DNA of 64,000 nt from Candidatus Moraniibacteriota bacterium (GTDB taxonomy: Bacteria; Patescibacteriota; Minisyncoccia; Moranbacterales; UBA1568): assembly GCA_016699385.1 (NCBI GenBank), contig CP064974.1, positions 404,466-468,465 on the forward strand, given 5' to 3'. This document shows positions 39,580 through 48,574 of this stretch, one piece after another (positions within the stretch are counted from its first letter, which is position 1; the number at the start of each line of letters is the position of its first letter). Both the position numbers and the translations under genes were made by a program. The notes under the pieces are model-generated. The model had not been told where the DNA came from. It saw nothing but the letters and a program-made list of their open reading frames with translations, and searched no databases.

Positions 39580-40707
39580 CTAGTGTCCTTTTAGTGTAGA
39601 ATCTTTCCCAATTCGTATCAAGATACCCATCGCTGCCATGAGGAATACTACCGAGGTACCACCATAGCTCACAAAAGGAAGCGGAATGCCCGTAAGCGGA
39701 ATAAGTGCGGTTGCCGCCGCAATATTGATAAATGCCTGGAAGGTCACCCACGACACAATCCCCGCTGCTGCATAGCGCCCGAAATCATCTGGCGAGTGAC
39801 GCGCAATGCGCAGCCCCTGCCACGCGATAAACACAAAGAGCGCGATCAAAAGAACTGAAACAAAAAACCCCCATTCTTCAGAGAAAATAGCAAAGATAGA
39901 GTCCGTCACCGGCTCAGGAAGATAATTGAATTTTTGTTGGCTATAGCCAAGTCCAAGCCCGAAGAGTCCGCCACTTCCAATAGCGATAAGTGCCTGACTC
40001 ACCTGGTACCCCGCTCCCTTGGGATCGAAGTCGGGATTCATAAAGACCAAGAAACGCTGAAGCCGATAGGGTGCCACCTTGATGAGTATGGCAAGCATCG
40101 CCATGCCAGCAAGAAAAAGCCCGAGGAGATGAGATATTTTTGCCCCCGCAACAAAGTAAACCGAAACCGCAATGAGGAAAATGAGTCCAAATGTCCCCGT
40201 GTCCGGTTGTTTCATAATCAGAAAGCCGAGTATCCCCAAAACGACGAGAAACGGTACCAAATCCTCGATAAAGTCTCCCACCATCTTGCGATTTTTGCGT
40301 GAAAACCACGCTGCGAGATAAAGCACAAATGAAAATTTCGCCATCTCCGACGGCTGAAAAGAAAATGGCCCGATAGAAAGCCACCGACTCGCGCCATAGA
40401 CACGATCTCCGATACCGGGAATAAGAACGGCGACGAGCGCAAGAATCGTCACAACAAAAAGCGGAAAGGCGAGCTTGCGCCACAGATGATAGTCGACATA
40501 CTGAAAGACAAAAAGCGCCAAAAGCCCGACGCTAACGCCAATGAGTTGTCGCTTCAAAAAGAAATAGTCATCACCAAAGCGTGTCTCGCCATAGAAGACG
40601 CCTGCACTCGCGATAGTCACCAGCCCAATCACAACGAGTGCGAGCACCGAAAAGAGCAGGCTTCGATTGTGAAACGATAATGATGAAGAAGATGAGGTCG
40701 ATCGCAC
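39580..40707 (-). CDS. ftsW: SEDS-family peptidoglycan glycosyltransferase FtsW
   Basis: Ten-TM SEDS layout with conserved GASRW and QPSE regions. It sits in the ftsW-murG-murC-murB order. Confidence 0.85.
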   Translation of the reverse strand: MRSTSSSSSLSFHNRSLLFSVLALVVIGLVTIASAGVFYGETRFGDDYFFLKRQLIGVSVGLLALFVFQYVDYHLWRKLAFPLFVVTILALVAVLIPGIGDRVYGASRWLSIGPFSFQPSEMAKFSFVLYLAAWFSRKNRKMVGDFIEDLVPFLVVLGILGFLIMKQPDTGTFGLIFLIAVSVYFVAGAKISHLLGLFLAGMAMLAILIKVAPYRLQRFLVFMNPDFDPKGAGYQVSQALIAIGSGGLFGLGLGYSQQKFNYLPEPVTDSIFAIFSEEWGFFVSVLLIALFVFIAWQGLRIARHSPDDFGRYAAAGIVSWVTFQAFINIAAATALIPLTGIPLPFVSYGGTSVVFLMAAMGILIRIGKDSTLKGH

Positions 40708-40822
40708 AGTATTTGTATATTTGAAAGCAAAGAATAGTCGGTCTTAGAGTCTGTCAAAGAAGTATCAAAAAATCGTACTTCTCGAACTATCTTTCAGAAA
40801 AACAGACTTTCTTAACAGGCTC

Positions 40823-41485
40823 TTATGTTTTCAGTGGACGGATAGCATGTTCCTCACGCCACCGCTCGATGTCGGCATGATTGCCAGAAAGCAATGCTTC
40901 CGGCACGCTCCACTCATTGAAACGCTCTGGCTTGGTATACTGCGGATGCTCGATATAGCCTGGTTCGCGATGCGACTCCGTATCAGCACTCGTCTCATTG
41001 CCGAGAACACCCGGCACGAGTCGCGCTATCGCATCAATGACGACGAGCGCCGGTAGTTCGCCACCTGTAAGCACAAAGTCGCCGATTGAAAGCTCCTCAT
41101 CCGCCACATGCTCTGCAACGCGCTCATCGACACCCTCATAGCGCCCGCAGATAAAAACGAGTTGGTCGTAGGTCGACAGTCGCCGCGCATCTTCTTGTCG
41201 AAAGGTCTTCCCTTTCGCTGAGAGAAGTATGATGCGACGCGAAGCCGTAGGATTCTCTACTTTCAAAGACTCAACCGCTTTCCAAATTGGCTCCACCTTC
41301 ATCACCATACCCGCTCCGCCACCATAGGGCGTATCGTCGGTTTTGTGATGCTTATCGGTCGCAAAGTCGCGAATATTGTGCGCCACAATCGAGATATGCC
41401 CCGCCGTTTGCGCGCGCTTCAAAATAGACTCGCCCAAATAGGAGTCAAATATCTTCGGAAAAATAGTCAGAATATCGAAACGCAT
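40823..41485 (-). CDS. trmD: tRNA (guanine37-N1)-methyltransferase
   Basis: MRFDILTIFP...GGGAGMV... are SPOUT TrmD motifs. The start was moved to an internal Met. Confidence 0.9.
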   Translation of the reverse strand: MRFDILTIFPKIFDSYLGESILKRAQTAGHISIVAHNIRDFATDKHHKTDDTPYGGGAGMVMKVEPIWKAVESLKVENPTASRRIILLSAKGKTFRQEDARRLSTYDQLVFICGRYEGVDERVAEHVADEELSIGDFVLTGGELPALVVIDAIARLVPGVLGNETSADTESHREPGYIEHPQYTKPERFNEWSVPEALLSGNHADIERWREEHAIRPLKT

Positions 41486-41600
41486 AGTATTCATCATATC
41501 ACGCCACCCAAACAGAAAAAAGAGCTCGTCTGTGAGTACAAAAAAAGAGAGCACACATGGAATGTGCTCTCAGTGAGTTTTATTTAGTTTTATTGAAGTA

Positions 41601-41900
41601 CTAGTAGCGGCGGCGACACGGATACGGATTGCCGTACCGATCGTATCCGCAGTGGTCATTACGGCGATACCTCCCATATCCATCACGGTATCGATTGTGG
41701 TGATACCGCTGGTAGTGAGGAGGAGGCGGACGGCGATAGTGGTAATCCCGATGATTATCATTCGCGCTATCCATTATGACTGCACCGGCAATTGCCCCAA
41801 CAGCTGCACCGCCGAGTACGCGGTCTCGGTCATCGCAGCCGGCAATGATGAGAATGGAGGCTATCGCGAGAACAGACAATGAGAACTTTGAGAGCTTCAT
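41601..41900 (-). CDS. Lipoprotein with a glycine-zipper segment and a His/Tyr/Arg-rich C-terminal tail
   Basis: Has a signal peptide with lipobox LIIAGC, a GGAAVGAIAGAV glycine zipper, and a low-complexity tail. Confidence 0.45.
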   Translation of the reverse strand: MKLSKFSLSVLAIASILIIAGCDDRDRVLGGAAVGAIAGAVIMDSANDNHRDYHYRRPPPPHYQRYHHNRYRDGYGRYRRNDHCGYDRYGNPYPCRRRY

Positions 41901-42108
41901 GAAAAACTCCTTCCCTCTTGTGAGGGGATTGGTGGAAAAGGTACTGCAACCTGCCCATACTTTGTATCATAGAAATAAAATTTTGTCTAGAGCCTGACTT
42001 TCATGTATTGCCGGCTATTTCTCTCCCCTCGTCGACACTACTCAGGTTTGCACGTTCCAATTTTTCGGATATACCCAAAACAAATATCTCCATGCATAGG
42101 CGCACTTC

Positions 42109-42849
42109 CTACGAGCAGTGCCGTTCGACTCGTTTGAGTTGGAGAGGGTCGTTGATACCGAGGGCTTCGCGAGGGTCTTGTACGGCGAGGGCGACGACGC
42201 GCTCACCACCTTCACAAGCAATGCGAACAAGGTCGGTCAGATAGTATTCCCGAGCGACATTGTTACGGGAAAGCTCCCCGATATGCGAGCGGAGCCAGTG
42301 TGCGTCGAAGGAATAGTAGCTGGTATTGAGCTCGCGCAAACTACGCTCTTCTTCAGAGGCATCTTTCCATTCAACGATGCTTGCCACATCACCCGCCTCA
42401 TCTCGTCGTATCCGACCATAGTGCAAAAAGGTCGCATTCTCCCCATCGAAGTCAGGCACCATGACTGTTGCGAGAGCGACGCATGCCTTTTCCCTCATCT
42501 GAAACGCCATAAGACGCTCAATAGTCTCGCGGCTAATAAGCGGGTGATCCCCAGGAACAACGACGATGCTCTCACAGTCCTCATCCGAAATCGCCTCCAT
42601 CGCAGCATGCACGGCATCCCCTGTTCCAAGTGGCTCAACCTGCCTCGCATAGCGATATCCCTCGCCAAGCGCGCGCCGGACATCATCACCTCGGTAGCCA
42701 ACAACCACCACGGGTCTCGGGAAAATCGGCAGAAGCGCATCGAGGAGCCGTTGAATAATCGACACACCGTTTACTGGGTGTAGCACCTTCGGCATCTCCG
42801 ACTGCATCCGCGTCCCCTTCCCACCAGCAAGAATAATGAGTTGATTCAT
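42109..42849 (-). CDS. Sugar-phosphate nucleotidyltransferase (GlmU N-terminal-domain-like, no acetyltransferase domain)
   Basis: LAGGKGTRM is the NTP_transferase G-loop. The protein is 246 aa, and the left-handed beta-helix part is absent. Confidence 0.7.
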   Translation of the reverse strand: MNQLIILAGGKGTRMQSEMPKVLHPVNGVSIIQRLLDALLPIFPRPVVVVGYRGDDVRRALGEGYRYARQVEPLGTGDAVHAAMEAISDEDCESIVVVPGDHPLISRETIERLMAFQMREKACVALATVMVPDFDGENATFLHYGRIRRDEAGDVASIVEWKDASEEERSLRELNTSYYSFDAHWLRSHIGELSRNNVAREYYLTDLVRIACEGGERVVALAVQDPREALGINDPLQLKRVERHCS

Positions 42850-42962
42850 GCTCCCATCCTACCCCGATTCTTTGGTTTTATTCAAGAGAGAGCTCATCAT
42901 AAAAAAATCCCCCAAGAACCGAAGTTCGTGGGGATAGAGATACTAAGCCAGATGTTCGCGAG

Positions 42963-43175
42963 TCAGTTCCAGCAACCATTTCGATTGCAGCGCTGAATGA
43001 CACACGCATCGTGTATATAGGGGTCATACTGAAACGATTGGCAGGACTCGAGAACTCGCTCAAGGACCTCGTACTCCCGAGCATCCTTGTCCAAAGGAGT
43101 AACGCAACCACTCAGAAACAATGCGATAACCAGTACCGAAAAAAGAGCAACAATGAATATTGGACGGACAGACAT
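42963..43175 (-). CDS. Small Cys-rich lipoprotein
   Basis: Signal peptide plus LSGC lipobox, followed by four Cys in about 45 aa. The start was assumed at MSVRP. Confidence 0.3.
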   Translation of the reverse strand: MSVRPIFIVALFSVLVIALFLSGCVTPLDKDAREYEVLERVLESCQSFQYDPYIHDACVIQRCNRNGCWN

Positions 43176-43301
43176 GCTATATCTCCTCGGATTTGAGAAA
43201 CTGCAGCGTAAGGTACTCAACTGACCCTTATAGTATATGCACAATTTTGAATATTTGTCAAGATATACCAAGGAACGTTTGTATTGACATAAATATAATA
43301 G

Positions 43302-43871
43302 ATGTGTTTCAATAGGAAATGCACATTAACAACTACTCAAAACACACAAGGTGAAGCCGTGAAGAGGATACGAGGAGTCATTCTGGTAGCAGTTGCCATT
43401 CTTGTCCTTTTTTCTGAAACATTTCCCGCTATTGCCTCCGCAAGAGAGGCTCGCCTCGTCTTCGATCCAAATAGGCACACGCTCACATATTTCTCCGCAA
43501 CGGGAGCTCGCAAAGTCTATCGGGCAACCGGTGGCGCAGACTGGTGCCCAGATATCAAGCGCCCCTGCAAGACACCTGCCGGCACCTATCGCATCGGCAT
43601 AAAATACGGCCCCAAGTACCGCTCGAAGACCTATCCCCTCGCCTGCTATCAACCCTGCAAAAATGGCGCATGCAAACCGAAGCCGGCTTGCGGAGCAGCA
43701 ATGCCTCATTTCATGAAATTCGCCGGAAAACGTTTCGGTATTCATGCGGGAACTGTCTCACGAAACAATTCTCACGGGTGCATTCACGTCCCATCCTCGG
43801 TCGCTCGTTTTCTCTCAGACACCCTTCCTATCGGGACACTGGTCACCGTGCTCCCCTATATTCACCGATAG
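43302..43871 (+). CDS. L,D-transpeptidase (YkuD domain) with Cys-rich N-terminal region
   Basis: The catalytic motif HAGTVSRNNSHGCIHV is present. An N-terminal hydrophobic anchor is present. A GTG start at about 43359 is possible. Confidence 0.7.
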   Translation: MCFNRKCTLTTTQNTQGEAVKRIRGVILVAVAILVLFSETFPAIASAREARLVFDPNRHTLTYFSATGARKVYRATGGADWCPDIKRPCKTPAGTYRIGIKYGPKYRSKTYPLACYQPCKNGACKPKPACGAAMPHFMKFAGKRFGIHAGTVSRNNSHGCIHVPSSVARFLSDTLPIGTLVTVLPYIHR

Positions 43872-43898
43872 GAAAAGATACTATCCATCCTCAACAAC

Positions 43899-43937
43899 AA
43901 ACGACCCTCCAAACATGGATTCGGGTCGTTTTTTTGC
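43899..43937. terminator. Bidirectional terminator (AAACGACCC-loop-GGGTCGTTTTTTT)
   Basis: A 9-bp stem with a T7 run. It lies between the convergent L,D-transpeptidase gene and the SipW operon end. Confidence 0.45.
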
Positions 43938-43956
43938 GAGAATATTTAACCAAGAT

Positions 43957-44823
43957 TTAATGACTCTCCAGAACAGTGTGTTCATCAGAATGAGAAGGGG
44001 GAGATTGCGCAGAGGGCGATTTCGCACTATTAGCGTCGTTATCTTTCACAGAGGAATCTTCTTTGGAAAAATGCTCTTGAGATTTCCCTTCTTGAGTATC
44101 GTCGTCCAGATGTGACGCCGTATCATGACTCGAAAGAGGAGTCTTCTCGTCTGATAGAGATATTTCTTCTGAAGCAGACTCGTCATCACAGACTTCGCCC
44201 GGAGAAGATTCTCCTTGATCACCCGCCTTCTCGAGAGAATCTCCACTATCATGAGATTCATTATGTTCCTTGTCTTTCTCTTTATCTCCTCCCTCTTTTT
44301 CTGATTCCTCTCGAGACTTTTTCTTTTCTGATATATGAGAAAACGTCTTTCGAAGGACATCACTTCGCCACGTATCATTATTCGGATGAAATGCTCTTGC
44401 CTCGAAATCGACTTGCTTCCCCTCTGGAATTTTTATGCACTTTCCATCAAAAAGAGAACCATTTGTGCGCGGATCACCGTCATCCGAAAATTTATAGTAA
44501 ATATTCGCCGAGGTAAGTGACGAAGAGAGACGAATGCAATTGCGCTTCTCCTCTATGTGAATATCCGGCATCCACTCGCCCGTCCCGATGTTATTAGACC
44601 GGAGCTGATCATTATCGCTAAAAGCCGCATTGGTAGAAAATGAAAATGCCAAAGCCGGACTCAAAAATACCGCAACCAGAAACCCAAGCCGTTTCGTCCA
44701 GGGAGAGAAAATCGTCGCTGACGGCGCGACATAGACCAATTTGAAATCGGGTACCCGCTTGCGAAACCGCCACACCCGAGGGCGTTGCTTCTGTGCGATG
44801 ACGCTGTCAATAGTTCGTTTCAT
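43957..44823 (-). CDS. SipW-cognate-signal-peptide protein with a globular domain and a C-terminal acidic/Ser-rich tail of about 150 aa
   Basis: The N-terminal hydrophobic segment ends in AFSFSTNAAFSDND, resembling the A-x-F-S/N-D motif of TasA-type signal peptides. The tail is rich in E, D, S and K. Confidence 0.5.
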   Translation of the reverse strand: MKRTIDSVIAQKQRPRVWRFRKRVPDFKLVYVAPSATIFSPWTKRLGFLVAVFLSPALAFSFSTNAAFSDNDQLRSNNIGTGEWMPDIHIEEKRNCIRLSSSLTSANIYYKFSDDGDPRTNGSLFDGKCIKIPEGKQVDFEARAFHPNNDTWRSDVLRKTFSHISEKKKSREESEKEGGDKEKDKEHNESHDSGDSLEKAGDQGESSPGEVCDDESASEEISLSDEKTPLSSHDTASHLDDDTQEGKSQEHFSKEDSSVKDNDANSAKSPSAQSPPSHSDEHTVLESH

Positions 44824-44842
44824 AGTCGACGCTTTCTTTTAT

Positions 44843-45478
44843 TTAGATAATGCGACGAGCTTTGCTGGAAGATACTGGAGCAACTTGAACAATTGGCTCT
44901 GAAGTTGATTTTGCATGAGGAGATGTCGAGGGAGACTGCAATACGGGAGTCAATTTCTTTTCACGCTTCCGATAGATATACGCCGCGAACTCTCGTCGCA
45001 AATTGAGAATCTCATCGAAGACAATAAGAAGCGAGGGCAGGAGAATGAGAAGCACAAATCCAACTGGACGCTTCGCAAATGAAACCGGGTAGCCGAGATA
45101 CGGCACATGAAAAACAACTTTTCCAAGCACCTGAGACTCTGCAATCACTGAATCCTCAGATTCATTGGCATCACCCTTGGTCTGATAATGAGCCTCCCCC
45201 AAATCAACAGTCTCCTTGACAATACGATGCGTAATCGGCGTCCCTCCACCAATTGGCTGCCACGTCACAATATCACCGATGCGGTAGGCCGGCTTCGGAT
45301 GAATCAAGATAACACTCCCTGTAAGAATCGCCGGTTCCATCGAGCCGGACTGCACAACAAATACCCGATGCGCCCCAAATATCGGCAGAAGCGAACCAAC
45401 CACCAATATCCCCACACCGACCAAGGCAAAGAGCGTCGTATTGAGCACAATAGAAGCGAGAGACTCGAGAAATTTCAT
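44843..45478 (-). CDS. sipW: Signal peptidase I, SipW (archaeal/eukaryal) type
   Basis: An N-terminal TM helix, an SGSMEP catalytic Ser box, an H residue, a GDAN box and a C-terminal TM anchor are present. Confidence 0.75.
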   Translation of the reverse strand: MKFLESLASIVLNTTLFALVGVGILVVGSLLPIFGAHRVFVVQSGSMEPAILTGSVILIHPKPAYRIGDIVTWQPIGGGTPITHRIVKETVDLGEAHYQTKGDANESEDSVIAESQVLGKVVFHVPYLGYPVSFAKRPVGFVLLILLPSLLIVFDEILNLRREFAAYIYRKREKKLTPVLQSPSTSPHAKSTSEPIVQVAPVSSSKARRII

Positions 45479-45547
45479 AAGGCGCGTTCAAGTATTTCTC
45501 TCGATCACCCCTCGCAAAAGAGAGTGGTGATTCGAGAAATACTCGAG

Positions 45548-46129
45548 TTAGAAACCTGTATTCAAGTCAGCTGGCCAAGCCGTCGCACCATCTTGCCGAG
45601 CCTGCACCTTCACGCTCGCATTGTAGGTCTTGCCCTGATACTTATCCCCCGTAGAAGAATCGAGTTTCACCGTCAGCTGAAATTGTGCCTTTCCACCAGC
45701 GGGAACAGTATAATTACTGGCATCAGAAGCATTACCACTATCATAAAAATAGCCCGTAAAGCCTACGCCGTCATAAATCGTCTGCCACCCTCCATTGTAG
45801 CGTTCGATCTTTACTACCTTCATAAGAGTATTATCTGGAGCAGAGACACTCCCATCCCATTCGCCAAAAGCAGCTCCTCTCAACTGAACACCAGTTGCGG
45901 AATTATTTTGCACATCAAAATTTACCAAAGCCGTTCCATTTGGCAAGATATTCGTCACCGAAAATGTAAACGGGTCAGTCGTATTCTGATTTCTCAAATC
46001 AATACTCAGTGTTCCTGTTGCTAAAGTGCCAGGCGCCGAATCCGTCGTACTAAAATACGAATACGTTCCACCTCCAATGATAGCGATTGCTGCTATTAAT
46101 ATGAAAGCACTGCGAAGTATACCAATCAT
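45548..46129 (-). CDS. TasA/camelysin-family (SipW-cognate) secreted protein
   Basis: The signal peptide ends GGGTYSYFSTTDS, matching the GGGT-x-A-x-F-S-D SipW-cognate class. A beta-rich mature domain of about 160 aa follows. Confidence 0.6.
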   Translation of the reverse strand: MIGILRSAFILIAAIAIIGGGTYSYFSTTDSAPGTLATGTLSIDLRNQNTTDPFTFSVTNILPNGTALVNFDVQNNSATGVQLRGAAFGEWDGSVSAPDNTLMKVVKIERYNGGWQTIYDGVGFTGYFYDSGNASDASNYTVPAGGKAQFQLTVKLDSSTGDKYQGKTYNASVKVQARQDGATAWPADLNTGF

Positions 46130-46190
46130 AAATATTTTTGTTATTTTTTAAAACTTCATTTCCCCTCTCTCTGATTTTCCAAAAACACAC

Positions 46191-46760
46191 CTAGTTATCC
46201 GTAGGAGCAACCGACTCCGCAACGAAGATTTCATCCCAGGTGCATTCCTGATTTTGTGCACCATTGTCAGCCTCATCATCAAGCTGTGCTCGCTGTTGGA
46301 CGACTTGTGTCCAGTTGGCTGGCACAGTGGCGAAGGGAGGATTCCCCGTCAATTCCACGCGCTCCACCGATCCAGCAATGTCTGTCAATTTCCCCTCATA
46401 CACCGTCCGCTCTCGCTCATTGCCGCCAGCATATCCGGTCGTCATGGTGAGATTGGTAAGCGGACATGCCGATCCTTGCAAATTATCAGCGTACATATAC
46501 AAGCGAACTGGCACGGTGCTCTTATTCCACACAGCACCACGAGCCCATTCGGTGTATTGCCCTGGCACGAGATTGCTCGTCGCAATCGGCTTTGCCATAA
46601 CGCCCTGACCAGCCTCACCTTTCGCATCGATTTCCACAGTAGCGGTGCTAATCGTGTTTCCATCAATGGAATCAGTTGCTGAAAAGAAAGAGTAGGTCGC
46701 GCCACCCGACACCGAAACTGCTGCCAGAATAATCACCAGACTCTTCATGATATTTTTCAT
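46191..46760 (-). CDS. TasA/camelysin-family (SipW-cognate) secreted protein, paralog
   Basis: The signal peptide ends SGGATYSFFSATDS. It has a similar size and composition to the previous gene. Confidence 0.6.
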   Translation of the reverse strand: MKNIMKSLVIILAAVSVSGGATYSFFSATDSIDGNTISTATVEIDAKGEAGQGVMAKPIATSNLVPGQYTEWARGAVWNKSTVPVRLYMYADNLQGSACPLTNLTMTTGYAGGNERERTVYEGKLTDIAGSVERVELTGNPPFATVPANWTQVVQQRAQLDDEADNGAQNQECTWDEIFVAESVAPTDN

Positions 46761-46894
46761 AGATCACCACATTCCATTATTCCGATTTAGTATTCAGTCA
46801 TCCCTCGACCACTCCCCCTTTGAAATGACTTCTTTCCCACATTTGCATGGGAAGGAAGAATGAAGATATCTTCCTCACTCTCACCTTCTCGCAC

Positions 46895-46925
46895 AAAAAG
46901 AAAAGCACTGCGCAAACACAGTGCT
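46895..46925 (-). terminator. Hairpin AGCACTG-loop-CAGTGCT with a minus-strand T-rich tail
   Basis: Seen directly in the sequence. It lies upstream of the SipW operon promoter region. Confidence 0.35.
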
Positions 46926-47290
46926 CTTGTCTCTATGTTGAGAATACATCAACCAAACAGAAGCGACACCGTCGATCCAAGATCGACATGTCCCATAACC
47001 CGTTAACAACAACCCTCGCACATCAAGCAACATCATACCGTTTCTTTTCTTTTTCTTTGAAGTCTTCCGATATTCAGTCCGCAGCAATTCTGCAAAACGC
47101 TCTCATCTGAAGTCGATTTTACTCTATTGTACCGCGAGCCATCGTCATGTCAAGAAGCGACAAAATCCACACGCTCTTCTGCATCAAAAACAAACCAGCT
47201 ACAATTATCTCGGTTGGAGATACAAATCACCACAGCAAAAAAATTTACTGTAAATTCACCCCACGAGTAAAATCCAAAACACTCAAAAAA

Positions 47291-47325
47291 ACAGCCCTTC
47301 TGCTCAATGAAAAGCAGAAGGGCAA
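47291..47325 (-). terminator. Rho-independent terminator for the minus-strand block (GCCCTTCTGC-loop-GCAGAAGGGC followed by TGTTTTTTT on the minus strand)
   Basis: A perfect 10-bp GC-rich stem plus a U-run about 40 bp after the stop of the last ORF (47364). Confidence 0.55.
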
Positions 47326-47363
47326 CGAAATTCCACGCGCTAGTGGAACACAGAGAACATTTT

Positions 47364-47855
47364 TTACTCGGCAAACGTATCTTCCAAAGATTCTCGAGGG
47401 AAAATTTTCACATACTGACCATCCGAAAGTATCTGAAACACCTTGGTAGGGATGACAACATCGAGATCCAATGGGAATTCCGGAAGCCCTGGTCTGGTAA
47501 AGAGGAGGAATGCTCGCGAATATCTCCACATAATATCGCTGTTTGCAAGGATATTCGTCAGGCGACACGGAGACGAGATAAACCGGTCAAGAGTGCTCGC
47601 AGCAACACCGTTCAGATTTGCTACCAGTCCCATATCACGAAAGAACCGCGCAAGCACCCTGTCATGGCAAGACAGACTCTGATCATCGATAAAAACAAAT
47701 ACCGATTTTTCATCCCGACTGACACGACGAGAAGGCGACAATGCCGCCGAAACGTACTGAAGGGAAGAATTAACATGCGCACACATTTGATAGTATCCTT
47801 TGCCACGGAATTTTCCGTGGCGGTTGTGATTTGCAAAGAACAGACTTGTAGTCAT
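47364..47855 (-). CDS. Hypothetical protein (last gene of the uncharacterised minus-strand block)
   Basis: 163 aa. The segment VFVFIDDQSLSCHDRVLARFFRDMGLV weakly resembles the start of a receiver-like fold. No firm motif was found. Confidence 0.3.
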   Translation of the reverse strand: MTTSLFFANHNRHGKFRGKGYYQMCAHVNSSLQYVSAALSPSRRVSRDEKSVFVFIDDQSLSCHDRVLARFFRDMGLVANLNGVAASTLDRFISSPCRLTNILANSDIMWRYSRAFLLFTRPGLPEFPLDLDVVIPTKVFQILSDGQYVKIFPRESLEDTFAE

Positions 47856-47863
47856 TCGTCAAC

Positions 47864-48574
47864 TCACGAAGAAGTCGCGAAAGTGTATGAGATGACCCTT
47901 CTCCCCTCTTGCCTCACGGGGTGATCTGGCGTCAATCCCGTTTTCCCCTGCCTCATCTCGGAGGAGTCGATGAGCATGAAGTCTTCGTCTGAGTTGCCGG
48001 TGATTTCTCCGGCAAGCACAAACATTTTCCAGGGGATCGTGATGATGGCTGGATTCCCGAGCACTTCCATGTCAATATCTAGCTTGTCTCGAGGGAGAAA
48101 AACCGCCGCCACCTGACAAGACGAGAGGCACTCTCGAGACTGAAGAAACCTCAGGAACATGCCCATGCTCGCCGTATTATTCGTACAGAGATGGAGTCCG
48201 CCATCGTCCGGCGAGTCTACTCCCAAGAATCTGGCGATTCGAGGCAAAATATTCGGCTGCAACAAGATACCTTCTTCGATGTAGAGAGCAGCTCGACGGC
48301 GTCTCCTACAGCTTCGCACTGACGCTGGTCGCTTCGTTTCAGCTTCGAGTGTCATGGTTTCTTCCCTCCAGCTTCTCATTGGGGAAATTCCCACCGTAGA
48401 ATACTGTTTTACTATCATATTGTCAAGACCATCTACTGTTCTTTCTCTGACAATAAAAATCTGCCCCACCAAAATGAAATGGCAAGGCAGAAAACGAATC
48501 CGCACGCTGGCGGAAAAAAGAAGTGCTACGGTACGCGGTTGTCCTTTTGGGTTATATCGCGGCACCCCACCCAT
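47864..48574 (-). CDS. Hypothetical protein
   Basis: An ORF tiled head-to-tail with its neighbours. The N-terminus is Arg-rich. The start is uncertain. Confidence 0.3.
   Translation of the reverse strand: MGGVPRYNPKGQPRTVALLFSASVRIRFLPCHFILVGQIFIVRERTVDGLDNMIVKQYSTVGISPMRSWREETMTLEAETKRPASVRSCRRRRRAALYIEEGILLQPNILPRIARFLGVDSPDDGGLHLCTNNTASMGMFLRFLQSRECLSSCQVAAVFLPRDKLDIDMEVLGNPAIITIPWKMFVLAGEITGNSDEDFMLIDSSEMRQGKTGLTPDHPVRQEGRRVISYTFATSS

Noticed and set aside
47307-47924. 205-aa plus-strand ORF overlapping the last two block genes
   Set aside because: The minus strand carries a contiguous tiling of seven ORFs ending in a terminator in the right orientation, while the plus ORF is isolated. 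The strand assignment of the block remains uncertain, and this is stated in the finding.
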